A DNA stretch of 64,000 nucleotides from Bacteroidia bacterium (GTDB lineage: Bacteria > Bacteroidota > Bacteroidia > UBA8524), in assembly GCA_965222995.1 (NCBI GenBank), contig OZ244977.1:384152-448151 (forward strand). The letters run 5' to 3'. The notes below the pieces were generated by a model. It searched no databases, had not been told where the DNA came from, and worked only from the letters and a program-made list of their open reading frames with translations. Made by a program: the position numbers and the translations under genes. Shown here in pieces: positions 26,133-36,600 of the stretch. The first letter of the stretch is position 1. Every line of letters begins with the position of its first letter.

Positions 26133-28090
26133 GCACCTAGGTTTCTCCAGCCTCGCAAAACAATATTTATATCATTTGCTACACTATAGTCTTTAGCATA
26201 AAAGAAATTTAGTTTTTCAGGAGTTATAAAATCGGCGTTGTTAGCAGGAATGTTATTTAAGGGCGAGAGTAATCCCTCTTTAATTTTCGGGAGCACATCA
26301 ATATTATCTGCCTTAGCATAACCTACTAAAGATTTTTTCCCAATAACGGTATTTAATAACCCAATAAAAGCTTCGGCAGGTTCCTTCAATAGCCACCCTA
26401 AAATTGGAAATAATACTATAAGTATTATGGAAGTTATAATATCAAAAACACGTTTGTTTGCAGCCAATGCAGGGTCGGCAATATTAAGCTTTAAATCTAC
26501 CGTATAAAGTTCCCCATTGGTATTTTTACTATTGCTGCCAATAATATAAAAGCTGTTGCGCGGCACTATTTTAAAATTAATCTGTTCATTGTCCATACGT
26601 GTCATCCAACCCATAATTTTATCGGCAGGTATATCACGTGCGCAAAAAATAACTTCGGTTATATCAAACACCTCACATATTTCTTTCAGGTGGTTCATAT
26701 TACCCAAATACTTGTCAGCATCCTTAAAAGCCCCGTTTACAGATACAAAACCTTTAAAAGTATGCGGTGCATCGGTTTGTTTCAGTAATTCATAAACGCG
26801 GTAGGCTTCTTCTTCTTCTCCAGCAATTACCGTATTGTAAGCAAACTGTTGTCCATAATTAATGCTGCGGTATTTGGCAAAGTATACCAGTAATCGCCAG
26901 CCTACTAAAAATACAACTCCCCAAAGAGCCCCTAATATTATCAAGGCGCGTGAAAAGCGTAATGAATCAGGCAAGAAAGCATATACTACACTTATCATCA
27001 CAGTGCCTAAAAACAAACCTTGCAGTATATTTTTAAGCTTGTGTTTTTTGTCATACCCCCCGCTAAGGTAAATACCCAGTAGCCAAAGTAAAACGTATAG
27101 TGTACCGTTAAACCACATATAAATAGCCGGATATTCTCCGCCCAAAACGTACCTGTGGTTTTGTTCCCAATATGTTTTCACGTAGTGGTGCCCTGCAAAA
27201 AGTACTATAGCATCAGCAAGGGCATGTTTGGTTTTGTCCCAAAACCGCCACGCCAATGCTAAAGCTGCTCTAAACCAAATAGCAATATTTATAAATAAGC
27301 TAAACCATTTGGCATTACTGCCTTTGTAGTGTTTTTGGGCAAATATTACCATGGCCCTATAAAACACAAATACATAGTTTACACTGGTTTTCTTAGTGCT
27401 CTCGCCTTTGTAGTGTATTATAGTAGTATCGGCAAAGTAGTAGTTTCTATATCCAGCCTGGGTTATGCGATAACTTAAGTCTATATCTTCACCATACATA
27501 AAAAAGGTTTCATCAAGCAAACCAATTTTATCTAAAGTTTCCTTGCGGATTAGCATAAAAGCACCAGCAAGTATATCTACTTCATTAGTCTCATGCTCGC
27601 TTAGGTACTTTAAGTGATATCGCCCGAATACTTTTGATTTTGGAAAGAGTTTAGCTAGTCCACACATCTTATAAAAAGCAACCGAAGGTGAAGGCAGCCC
27701 ACGTTTAGATTCAGGTAAAAATTTACCTTTACCATCAATCATTCTAACCCCCAAGCCACCTGCATCAGGTGTGGCATCCATAAACGCTACAACTTTTTCA
27801 AAAGTAGTTTCCTCAACTACAGTGTCGGGGTTAAGAAGTAAAACATACTTCCCTGTACTTTCTTTTATGGCTTGGTTATTGGCAGCAGAAAAGCCTACAT
27901 TTTTTTTATTGGCAATAAGTTTCACCTCAGGAAACTTTTCACGTACCATTTCTACACTTCCATCTACCGAATCATTATCAACCACAAAAACCTCTGTAGG
28001 TACTTTTTGGGCAGCCTTTTGCACGCTTAAAAGAGCTTGCTCTAAAAAAGCTTTTACATTGTAGTTAACTATAATTACGGATAACTTCAC
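26129..28090 (-). CDS. GT2 glycosyltransferase fused to membrane, CoA-binding-like and degenerate sugar-transferase domains
   Basis: SVIIVNYN, VVDNDSVDGS, LLLNPD, FFMYGEDIDL, then TM region and KRVFDI. Confidence 0.85.
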   Translation of the reverse strand: MKLSVIIVNYNVKAFLEQALLSVQKAAQKVPTEVFVVDNDSVDGSVEMVREKFPEVKLIANKKNVGFSAANNQAIKESTGKYVLLLNPDTVVEETTFEKVVAFMDATPDAGGLGVRMIDGKGKFLPESKRGLPSPSVAFYKMCGLAKLFPKSKVFGRYHLKYLSEHETNEVDILAGAFMLIRKETLDKIGLLDETFFMYGEDIDLSYRITQAGYRNYYFADTTIIHYKGESTKKTSVNYVFVFYRAMVIFAQKHYKGSNAKWFSLFINIAIWFRAALALAWRFWDKTKHALADAIVLFAGHHYVKTYWEQNHRYVLGGEYPAIYMWFNGTLYVLLWLLGIYLSGGYDKKHKLKNILQGLFLGTVMISVVYAFLPDSLRFSRALIILGALWGVVFLVGWRLLVYFAKYRSINYGQQFAYNTVIAGEEEEAYRVYELLKQTDAPHTFKGFVSVNGAFKDADKYLGNMNHLKEICEVFDITEVIFCARDIPADKIMGWMTRMDNEQINFKIVPRNSFYIIGSNSKNTNGELYTVDLKLNIADPALAANKRVFDIITSIILIVLFPILGWLLKEPAEAFIGLLNTVIGKKSLVGYAKADNIDVLPKIKEGLLSPLNNIPANNADFITPEKLNFFYAKDYSVANDINIVLRGWRNLGA

Positions 28091-28102
28091 TTATAACAGT
28101 AG

Positions 28103-28708
28103 TTATATTTGGTAGGGAACACGGTTTAGTATGGAACGGCCCAAAGTAATTTCGTCAGCGTATTCTAGTTCACCACCAACTGAAATACCTTTTGATAAAG
28201 TAGAAATATTTACTCCCAAGTTTTTTAATTTTTTGCTCAAGTAAAAGACAGTTGTATCACCTTCAACAGTTGCATTTAGTGCCATTAACACTTCTTTTAC
28301 ACTATTTTTTTCAATACGCTGGGGTATGCTTGCCATATTTAAATCATCAGGACCAATACCGTCGGCAGGGGCTATCATACCACCTAAAACATGATAAATA
28401 CCGTTGTATTGGGCAGTATTTTCTATAGCAATTACATCACGTAAGTCTTCTACTATACAAAGTGTTGAAGTATCACGATTATGGCTGGCACATATTTCAC
28501 AAATAGTATCGTCGCTTACATTACCACACTCTTGGCAGTAGCGAATTTTTTCTTTTAATGATGAAATTACTTCGCCCATTTCGTGCACTTCCATGTCAGG
28601 CTGTTTCAGTAGAAACAATGCCATGCGTAGGGCAGTTTTTTTACCTATGCCGGGGAATTTTGCAAACTGATTCACTAACTGTTCAAGCGTTTGCGAGGGA
28701 AATTGCAT
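28103..28708 (-). CDS. recR: Recombination mediator RecR
   Basis: PGIGKKTA.R, C4 zinc finger, YHVLGG, Toprim EGDTT, GGELEYADEITL. TAACTTTG at 28714-28721. Confidence 0.97.
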   Translation of the reverse strand: MQFPSQTLEQLVNQFAKFPGIGKKTALRMALFLLKQPDMEVHEMGEVISSLKEKIRYCQECGNVSDDTICEICASHNRDTSTLCIVEDLRDVIAIENTAQYNGIYHVLGGMIAPADGIGPDDLNMASIPQRIEKNSVKEVLMALNATVEGDTTVFYLSKKLKNLGVNISTLSKGISVGGELEYADEITLGRSILNRVPYQI

Positions 28709-28891
28709 ACGGGCAAAGTTAGAGTTTTGAAATAGATTTTGTATTTATAACCTAATTTGACAGATTAAAGCAATAGCTAATCCTTATTATAAATTATTTC
28801 TTTTGTTTAAAGATGGCGGTTTTTTTAATTTGTAAAAGGTTGCTAAACTTAGGAAAGAGCTAGCAAAAAGAGCAAAGAAAATTTATTGAAG

Positions 28892-30361
28892 ATGGATAAC
28901 AACATGATGTACGAAATGTTTTTTCAGCAGATGCCTGATGCTGTTTTTGCTATTGAAAGAGACGGTACAATACTTCAAGCAAGTGATAAAGCTCTTCGGC
29001 TTTTTGGTTGGAAAAAGGAAGACTTGTTAAAACTGAAAATGGATGAATTACTTGTGAATGAGGTGCCTGACTGGAACAAGTATTATAGTGAACAGTATGA
29101 AGCAAAATCTTCTATCAAAAAAACTAAAAAAGAGTTTAGCACTGTAGCACAGCGAAAAAATGGAGAACAATTTTCTGCTGAAATAACAATCAATTCAGTC
29201 GATATTCAAAAAACTTCCTCCATTTTTTTAGTTTCCGTTAAAGACATTACTAAAACCAAAGAAATTTATAATCAGCTAAGTGTTAGTAATGAGCAGTTTA
29301 AAGGTGCTTTTGAATACTCAGCTATAGGTATGGCATTAGTGTCTGTAGAGGGTAAGTGGCTTAAAGTTAATAAAAGTTTATGCCATACTTTGGGATATAC
29401 AGAAGAAGAGTTGATGAAAAAAACATTTCAGGATATTACCCATCCTGATGATTTGGAGTTAGACCTTGAACATGTTGGAGAAATGCTACGCGGCGAAATT
29501 GAATCGTACCAGATGGAAAAACGGTACTTTCATAAAAACGGTTCAATAGTGTGGGTGCTACTGGCAGTATCATTATCAAAAGATGTAGAAGGCAAGCCTC
29601 TCCATTTTGTTTCTCAGATAAAAGATATTACACAGCGGAAAGAAAAAGAAGAAGAGCTTTTACAGTCGATTAACATTATTAGCAGGCAAAATGCAAGGTT
29701 AATGAACTTTGCACATATAGTATCTCATAATCTACGTTCACATACAGGGAACTTTCAGTTATTGGTAAACATGCTTGAAGAAGATGAGGAGGATAGGAAT
29801 TATGTGTTGAGATTATTAAAAGAGAGCTCAAAAACACTAAATGAAACTATTGAGCATTTGAATGAAGTAGTGCAGATACAAACAAATCCTAACATTAGTA
29901 GAGAAGATGTTTCACTACAAAAATATATTGACAAAACTATAGATGTATTGGCCGGTGAGATAAACCTACATAAAGTAAAAGTAAAAAATAATGTATCTTC
30001 TTCAGTACTTCTAAATTATAACCTTGCGTACCTCGAGAGTATATTGTTAAACTTTTTGTCTAATGCTATTAAATACAGGCATAAAGAGCGAACACCTGAA
30101 GTTGAGTTTAACACAAAAGGAGAAGGTGAAAACTTTTTGCTAGAGATAATAGATAATGGGGTAGGAATAAATTTAAAAAGGCATGGGGAAAAACTGTTTG
30201 GGCTATATAAAACCTTTCATAGAAATAGTGATGCAAGAGGTGTTGGTCTTTTCATCACCAAAAATCAGGTTGAAGTTATGGGGGGTAAAATTGAGGTAGA
30301 AAGTGAACTTAATATTGGTACAACTTTTAAAATATATTTTAATCAATCTGAGCAAGGTTAA
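28892..30361 (+). CDS. PAS-PAS sensor histidine kinase
   Basis: Two PAS/PAC domains, SHNLRS H-box, NAIKY, DNGVGI, GVGLF. Confidence 0.92.
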   Translation: MDNNMMYEMFFQQMPDAVFAIERDGTILQASDKALRLFGWKKEDLLKLKMDELLVNEVPDWNKYYSEQYEAKSSIKKTKKEFSTVAQRKNGEQFSAEITINSVDIQKTSSIFLVSVKDITKTKEIYNQLSVSNEQFKGAFEYSAIGMALVSVEGKWLKVNKSLCHTLGYTEEELMKKTFQDITHPDDLELDLEHVGEMLRGEIESYQMEKRYFHKNGSIVWVLLAVSLSKDVEGKPLHFVSQIKDITQRKEKEEELLQSINIISRQNARLMNFAHIVSHNLRSHTGNFQLLVNMLEEDEEDRNYVLRLLKESSKTLNETIEHLNEVVQIQTNPNISREDVSLQKYIDKTIDVLAGEINLHKVKVKNNVSSSVLLNYNLAYLESILLNFLSNAIKYRHKERTPEVEFNTKGEGENFLLEIIDNGVGINLKRHGEKLFGLYKTFHRNSDARGVGLFITKNQVEVMGGKIEVESELNIGTTFKIYFNQSEQG

Positions 30362-30389
30362 AAAAACTTTAAATAAGAATTTAACCTAT

Positions 30390-31310
30390 TTGAGAAGGAT
30401 ATATATTTTAACAATAACACTTTTACTCTTTTTTGTTAGTGATGCACAAACTATTGACAGTGTAGCAAATAAAAATGAGAAATCTTTTTTTAAAGGGTGG
30501 CGGATTGCAGGGTTTAGTATTGGTATAGGCGTGTGGCAAAATTTTGATAAATCTTCCGGACTATCATTATTTCAAAATACAACCTCATCAAACGTTTCTG
30601 AAACCAAGCTTAACAATGATTTAGAAAATATTAAAAACTACTCAAATTGGTCAGTGGATTTTGACAGCTATGGAGAAAATGTTACCGTTCCATTACGCAT
30701 AGTTTTAAAGCCCAAAAAAATTGAGCACGGTAAACTTAAAAGCTATGTTGAATTAAATTTGGCATTATTATACAGCCTTCAACATCATACTACCTACCTA
30801 GAAGGGTGGGAGTCTACATCTTCTACAACAAAAAGCTATAACACATCTTACAGAGTAGAAACAAGAAACTTCGCTATAGATGGATTAATAACCTTGCAAA
30901 CTCCCGGTATTTTTTCTTTGTTCTCATTATATAGCGGTATTGGTGTAAACGTAGGTGGTAATTTTGATAATTTTGTTTATTCAAGTGCTTCTTTAGAGAG
31001 AGAACGAGATAACAATCCTTTCTCAACAAGTACATCTAAAACAATTATTTCTTCAACCAACAGTTTTTATTTGCCTGTAGCTTCTTTTGGTTTTTATACT
31101 CCTTTAGGTTTAAAGTTAAATATCTCTAAACACAGCAACTTGTTTATTGAATATACTTTTAGCAGAAAAACTTTGGTTTTTAGTGATTTGTATCCAAAAT
31201 CGTTTTGGTATAAAGGTTTTGGTGTAGGCTACCGTTATAAAATCTCAAAAAAGAAGAAGAAAAAGATACCTATAAGTACGCCTGCAAAATCGCCTAAACC
31301 ATTTTATTAA
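30390..31310 (+). CDS. Hypothetical outer-membrane beta-barrel-like protein
   Basis: Signal peptide if started at TTG30390, alternating beta-strands, GVGYRY near the C-terminus. Confidence 0.55.
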   Translation: MRRIYILTITLLLFFVSDAQTIDSVANKNEKSFFKGWRIAGFSIGIGVWQNFDKSSGLSLFQNTTSSNVSETKLNNDLENIKNYSNWSVDFDSYGENVTVPLRIVLKPKKIEHGKLKSYVELNLALLYSLQHHTTYLEGWESTSSTTKSYNTSYRVETRNFAIDGLITLQTPGIFSLFSLYSGIGVNVGGNFDNFVYSSASLERERDNNPFSTSTSKTIISSTNSFYLPVASFGFYTPLGLKLNISKHSNLFIEYTFSRKTLVFSDLYPKSFWYKGFGVGYRYKISKKKKKKIPISTPAKSPKPFY

Positions 31311-31354
31311 CAGTACAGTTGTGCATTGCCAACTTTATACTATTTTTACGCGCA

Positions 31355-32542
31355 ATGGATTCATACACCACCCTTTTGGTTCTGTGCTGCTTGGTTGTAC
31401 TGTCGTACTTATTTGATATTGTGGCGAGAAAAACCCGTTTTCCATCGGTAATATTACTAATGCTGGTAGGTGTAGGCATGCAGTTTATTTTACCTGAAGA
31501 TATACTTTCAAAAAACATTGGTAATCTATTGCAAGTACTAGGAACCGTGGGACTTATTTTGATTGTTTTGGAAGGGGGGATGGATGTACATATAACTAAG
31601 GAGAAGAAGTGGCTTATACTCAGGTGCTTGCTCTCCTCCCTTATAGTACTGTTAGCCTCGTCGTTTCTATTGGCAGGAGTTTTTTACCTGTTAGTAGATG
31701 CACCATATTACAGTTGTTTTGTAAATGCTGTGCCATTATCAGTTATTAGTAGTGCCATTGCTATACCTAGTGCAGCTAGTTTATCACCAGAAAATAAGGA
31801 GTTTGTAGTTTACGAATCTACATTTTCAGATATTTTGGGTATTATTCTATTCAACTTTGTTGTAACCAACGATAGTATTGATTTTGCTGCGTTTGGAGGA
31901 CTTTCTCTACAAATAGTATTGGTAACAATTCTGTCAGCAGCTTTTTCATTGGTTCTATTTAAAATGATTGAGCAAATTACCCATAAAGTAAAATTCTTCT
32001 TAATTCTGGCATTGCTTATAATAATGTATGTATTGGGCAAGAACTATTTGCACTTACCTTCACTATTAATGGTGTTCATATTCGGGTTGCTGCTTAGCAA
32101 TAGAGAAATGTTTATTCTTCCCCAAATAAAAAAATATTTTAATACTGATGGTTTCGACGGACATTTTAAAGAGTTTTTCTTGATAACAGCAGAAAGTGCT
32201 TTTATTATCAGAACATTCTTCTTCGTAGTATTCGGTTTCTTTGTGCCTTTAGATTCTTTGGTACATGGTACAGTGCTATTGCTAGGTGTTCTGGTTTTTG
32301 GGGTAGTACTTTTAGTACGCTATATATATATGTTGGCTGCCAAAGCAGAGCCTGTAAATATTCTAACGCTTATAGCACCAAGAGGCTTAATTACAATTTT
32401 ACTTTTCTTGCAATTGCCAGATAGGTATAAAATTGTAGATGTAAATGAGGGGGTACTTTTTATTGTAATATGTTTATCACTGGCGGCACTTACTGCCGGC
32501 ACAATGATAAGTGGCAAAAAACCACCTGAAAGTATTACTTAG
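31355..32542 (+). CDS. Cation:proton antiporter (CPA1-like)
   Basis: About 12 TM helices, ISSAIAIPS, YESTFSDILG, PRGLIT. Confidence 0.88.
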   Translation: MDSYTTLLVLCCLVVLSYLFDIVARKTRFPSVILLMLVGVGMQFILPEDILSKNIGNLLQVLGTVGLILIVLEGGMDVHITKEKKWLILRCLLSSLIVLLASSFLLAGVFYLLVDAPYYSCFVNAVPLSVISSAIAIPSAASLSPENKEFVVYESTFSDILGIILFNFVVTNDSIDFAAFGGLSLQIVLVTILSAAFSLVLFKMIEQITHKVKFFLILALLIIMYVLGKNYLHLPSLLMVFIFGLLLSNREMFILPQIKKYFNTDGFDGHFKEFFLITAESAFIIRTFFFVVFGFFVPLDSLVHGTVLLLGVLVFGVVLLVRYIYMLAAKAEPVNILTLIAPRGLITILLFLQLPDRYKIVDVNEGVLFIVICLSLAALTAGTMISGKKPPESIT

Positions 32543-33453
32543 AGCAAGAGTAAGTACAATAGAATTAGAACTCCCCACTGTATTAGCATCATACCATCAA
32601 CTATTAAATCATAAAACCACCAATAAGTAGTCTTTACTTTGCCACTACTAATTAGTATTAGTAGTAAAAAAACAACAGTGTTGGCTACCTGTAGGTATAA
32701 ATCAATAGTAATTAGCCAACTAGCTACAATAGATAGCAGGCTCATTACAATCAATACATTATGGGTTCTTTTTATACCCCACTTTACAGGCCATGTGCTA
32801 ATTTTTCTCACTGCATCAATATGGTAATCCCGCACATCAAACAGCACACAAAGTATTAGCATAAATACAAACTGTATAGCAAGAATTACCCAATCGTTAA
32901 AATCTAATATATTATCAGCATCACCCCATAAATCACTTGCCCAACCTTTTGCCACACCATAAGCGCCCAAATACCACCATACAAAAGTGAGGATAATAGG
33001 CTTTAAAAAACCCCACTCGCGCAAGGCAACAAAACGCCCTTTGTAAGGTATTAGAGGTAGCTCGTACAATACAGTAACCAAACCCACCCCTGAGCCAAAC
33101 AAGGCCATAGTTAAAAAAGTATAGAAATGTGTATAAGCAAATACGCCTAAAATTATTGTTACTACAAAACCTGTTATATAGAATCTTAGTAAATGATTCT
33201 GTATCCATTTCTGCCTATCGTTATATGCTTTTTTTACTCCTTTTAGGCTGTAATAAATAAATGGTAATACATATAGTAAATAGCCGGCAAGCATTAGCAT
33301 TATAGAGTATGAGTAAATCTCTATCTCATTAAAGAAAAATAAAAACGATGCTTGCGTATATCCCAGCACACATAGTGCAACCCATATTCTGCTGAATATT
33401 AAGGTTCTAAACCCCTCTTGAAGCAAATTATATACGGTAAAAGGTTTATCCAC
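32539..33453 (-). CDS. UbiA prenyltransferase-like membrane protein
   Basis: Multi-TM, LRE.G.LKP, FDVRDY..D....STWP..WG, DG motif. Confidence 0.7.
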   Translation of the reverse strand: MDKPFTVYNLLQEGFRTLIFSRIWVALCVLGYTQASFLFFFNEIEIYSYSIMLMLAGYLLYVLPFIYYSLKGVKKAYNDRQKWIQNHLLRFYITGFVVTIILGVFAYTHFYTFLTMALFGSGVGLVTVLYELPLIPYKGRFVALREWGFLKPIILTFVWWYLGAYGVAKGWASDLWGDADNILDFNDWVILAIQFVFMLILCVLFDVRDYHIDAVRKISTWPVKWGIKRTHNVLIVMSLLSIVASWLITIDLYLQVANTVVFLLLILISSGKVKTTYWWFYDLIVDGMMLIQWGVLILLYLLLL

Positions 33454-33552
33454 TATGGGGGTGTGTAATCAGGTATATTAATTTATCTAAGCGTAACAAT
33501 AAGGTAAAACTCACTTTAAACCTTCGTGTCACATTCGCAAATTAATATAGAT

Positions 33553-34419
33553 ATGGGCAAGCGACAAGTTGAAATATGCGTAGTATCTGATGTACATTTA
33601 GGTACTTATGGTTGTCATGCAAGAGAGTTAGATAAGTATTTAAAATCAATTGACCCCAAAATATTGATTTTAAATGGAGATATAATTGATGTGTGGCAGT
33701 TTAAAAAACGCTATTGGCCCGAAAGCCATATGAAAATTGTGCAGCGAATTGTAAAAATGATAAATCGAGGCACTAAGATTTACTACCTTACCGGCAACCA
33801 TGATGAAATGCTACGCCGGTTTGCTGGCTTTAGACTAAACAATTTTATTATTGATAATAAATTAGTACTTGAGGTAGATGGTAAGAAGATGTGGTTTTTC
33901 CATGGCGATGTTTTTGATATTACTATGAAACATAGTAAATGGCTGGCTAAATTAGGTGGCTGGGGTTATGATATGCTGATATTACTAAACCGTTTCGTAA
34001 ATTTTATTTCTGAAAAAATATTGGGCAAAGGAAAAGTCTCACTTTCTAAGAAAATAAAAAACAGTGTAAAGCAGGCAGTGAAGTTTATTGATGATTTTGA
34101 ACAAACTGCTGTGAATATAGCTATTGATAATAAATATGATGTTGTAGCTTGCGGACATATACACCAACCTACACTTAAAGAAATAGAAACCGAAAAGGGT
34201 AATATTACGTATATTAATAGTGGTGACTGGATTGAGAACCTTACTGCTTTAGAGTACAATTTCGGTAAATGGAAAATCTTTAACTACTTTAAAGATTTTG
34301 AAACTGAAAACGAATTAGGTGCGGAAGTTGAAGTGGATGAAGAAGAACTTAATGCCATGATGATACCTAAGATAGAAAACCTTTATGAAGATATTATACG
34401 CCATACAGGGAACAGGTAA
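33553..34419 (+). CDS. UDP-2,3-diacylglucosamine diphosphatase-like metallophosphoesterase
   Basis: SDVHLG, LNGDIID, GNHD, HGD, CGHIH, NSGDW. Confidence 0.9.
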   Translation: MGKRQVEICVVSDVHLGTYGCHARELDKYLKSIDPKILILNGDIIDVWQFKKRYWPESHMKIVQRIVKMINRGTKIYYLTGNHDEMLRRFAGFRLNNFIIDNKLVLEVDGKKMWFFHGDVFDITMKHSKWLAKLGGWGYDMLILLNRFVNFISEKILGKGKVSLSKKIKNSVKQAVKFIDDFEQTAVNIAIDNKYDVVACGHIHQPTLKEIETEKGNITYINSGDWIENLTALEYNFGKWKIFNYFKDFETENELGAEVEVDEEELNAMMIPKIENLYEDIIRHTGNR

Positions 34420-35386
34420 CGGGCATGTGAGCCGTGCTAGAGAAATTATCCCTCATCTTGCTACACAAGGTGAGTTGGATATTTTAATTAGTGGTACACA
34501 AAGCGAAGTAGATGTTAACTATCCTGTAAGGTATAACCTTCACGGGTGGAGTTTCACATTTGGGAAAAAGGGTGGTGTTGATTTTTGGGATAGCTGGAAA
34601 CGAATGCGAACAGCTACTTTATTAAAAGACATTTACAATTTCCCAGTAAACAATTATGACTTAATAATTAGTGACTTTGAACCTGTAAGTACGTGGGCAT
34701 GTAAGTTAAGAGGAAAACCCTGTATAGCTATGGGGCATCAAGCTGCTTTTTTATCTAAAAAAACACCCAGGCCTAAAAAGGAAAGTCACTTTTTCGAGTT
34801 TGTTTTTAAGCATTATTCTCCTTGCACAGAAGCTATTGGGTTCCATTACGAAAGGTACGACGATTTTATTCGTACTCCTGTAATCCGTGGCGATGTTAGA
34901 AAGCTAGACCCTAAAAACTTAGGTCATATAACTACCTATTTACCTGCACATGATGATAGGTTTTTAGCCACCAAATTCAACAAAATAAAAGGGATGAAAT
35001 TTGAGGTGTTTAGCAAGCATACCGATAAACCCTATGTGGAAGGTAATACCCATGTTTTCCCGATAAATAGTGAGGCATATACCAAAAGTTTAGAGGGTTG
35101 TATGGGTTTAATAACTGCAGGTGGTTTTGAAGCACCTACAGAAGCTATTTATCTAAACAAAAAAGTAATGGTAGTGCCTATGATAGGGCAGTATGAGCAG
35201 CACTGTAATGCTTTGGGAGCAAAAAAAGCAGGCTGCACAGTAATTACTGAGATAAATGGCAATTTTTTAAACCAGCTAAACAGTTGGGTAGAATACGCAA
35301 ACCCTGTAACTATTAATTACCCTGATGAAACAGCAGAACTAATAGGTAATTTAGTAGCAAGGCATCGTAAGTTTGCAGAAGTTTAG
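34385..35386 (+). CDS. GT-B fold glycosyltransferase (GT28/GT1_3-like)
   Basis: MKILYAIQGTGNGHVSRA, ISDFEP, AGGFE, QYEQ.CNA. Confidence 0.88.
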   Translation: MKILYAIQGTGNGHVSRAREIIPHLATQGELDILISGTQSEVDVNYPVRYNLHGWSFTFGKKGGVDFWDSWKRMRTATLLKDIYNFPVNNYDLIISDFEPVSTWACKLRGKPCIAMGHQAAFLSKKTPRPKKESHFFEFVFKHYSPCTEAIGFHYERYDDFIRTPVIRGDVRKLDPKNLGHITTYLPAHDDRFLATKFNKIKGMKFEVFSKHTDKPYVEGNTHVFPINSEAYTKSLEGCMGLITAGGFEAPTEAIYLNKKVMVVPMIGQYEQHCNALGAKKAGCTVITEINGNFLNQLNSWVEYANPVTINYPDETAELIGNLVARHRKFAEV

Positions 35387-35387
35387 G

Positions 35388-36137
35388 CTACTCTATTCTT
35401 TCTTTCAATAACTTAGTAAAACCTTTTCTACTGTATGGCATGTGGGTTAAAAACTCGCCTTTATAAAATACGTTAAAAGTGCCGTAGGGGGTACTCATGC
35501 TTTGAGCTTCTTTTGCAGTTTCTAATTTTTTAGTAAAAACAGCTATACCCAATTCTTGGGCAGCAATACTCATTTCTTTTATATATAGGTTTAAAAAAGG
35601 GCACTGGTCGCTAAAGTACATAGTTATGCCGTCTTTATCACTGTCTTTCAGTCCCTTTGCGGTGTCAATAAACTTAGGGTCAGGTGCCTCTTTCTTGTAC
35701 TTCTTTACTAAAAGCTCAAAGTAAGGCTCAGCAGTATCACAAACCTCAAACCCTTGTTTCAAAAAGAACTTCTTATCGGTTAAAAAAGGTTTTTTACTGG
35801 TAATAACACAAACACCATCCATGTTTTCACTATCCTTTTCACAAGCCGCTAAAAGCTGTTTAGCATACCCATGCTTTTGGTGTTGACCTGAAACCCACAA
35901 ACAATGGATAAACATATAACCGTCTGCCTTCACAGGTCTCCAAGCATATTCAGCAGGTATATACTCAATAAAAACCTTACCGCGTATATCCATTTTTTTA
36001 AACTGCAAGCCTTCTTTAAACCTGTTAGTAAGCCACTTTTTCTTTAGCTCAACACCGCCTTGGTTTTTCTTATCAGAAATGGCACAGCAAATATGCTCTT
36101 GCTCTATGTTTTCTTTAGATAGTGTTATCATTTCCAT
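35388..36137 (-). CDS. GNAT N-acetyltransferase with YoaP domain
   Basis: EHICCAISDKK, KVFIEYIP.E.AW, CLWVSG, QCPF. Confidence 0.88.
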   Translation of the reverse strand: MEMITLSKENIEQEHICCAISDKKNQGGVELKKKWLTNRFKEGLQFKKMDIRGKVFIEYIPAEYAWRPVKADGYMFIHCLWVSGQHQKHGYAKQLLAACEKDSENMDGVCVITSKKPFLTDKKFFLKQGFEVCDTAEPYFELLVKKYKKEAPDPKFIDTAKGLKDSDKDGITMYFSDQCPFLNLYIKEMSIAAQELGIAVFTKKLETAKEAQSMSTPYGTFNVFYKGEFLTHMPYSRKGFTKLLKERIE

Positions 36138-36264
36138 AATACTTCAAAAATAATAGCTCAATCTTTCTCAAAATATGACCTTTGTTAAGTTGTGTACATG
36201 AGAATTGTCATTTTTAGCTCTTTATACTTAGAGTAATTTTGTTACAAAATAATCCCTTAAAATT

Positions 36265-36561
36265 ATGGTAATTAAAACAGCTTTAGAAGAATTAGAAAAC
36301 TCAAAACATCCTATTGCTAAAATTATGCATAATAATGGCGACTGTAAAACATTAGCCATAGTTTTTAGAAAAGGGATGGTATTAAAGGAGCATAAAACCA
36401 ATACACCTGCCACCTTAGTAGTTGTAGAAGGTGAAGTAGAATACAGAACAGCTAAGGAAAGTATTATTCTTAAAAAGTTTAATCAAACAGGTATTACAGT
36501 AGGCTTATTGCACGAGGTAGAAGCCAAAGCAGATTGTGTTTGCTTATTGATAAAAGGCTGA
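36265..36561 (+). CDS. Small cupin-domain protein
   Basis: LKEHKT..PA.L.V.EG.V, H.V.A. Confidence 0.8.
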   Translation: MVIKTALEELENSKHPIAKIMHNNGDCKTLAIVFRKGMVLKEHKTNTPATLVVVEGEVEYRTAKESIILKKFNQTGITVGLLHEVEAKADCVCLLIKG

Positions 36562-36600
36562 TTTATAAATCAAAAATTAATTAAAAATCTATCAATTATT

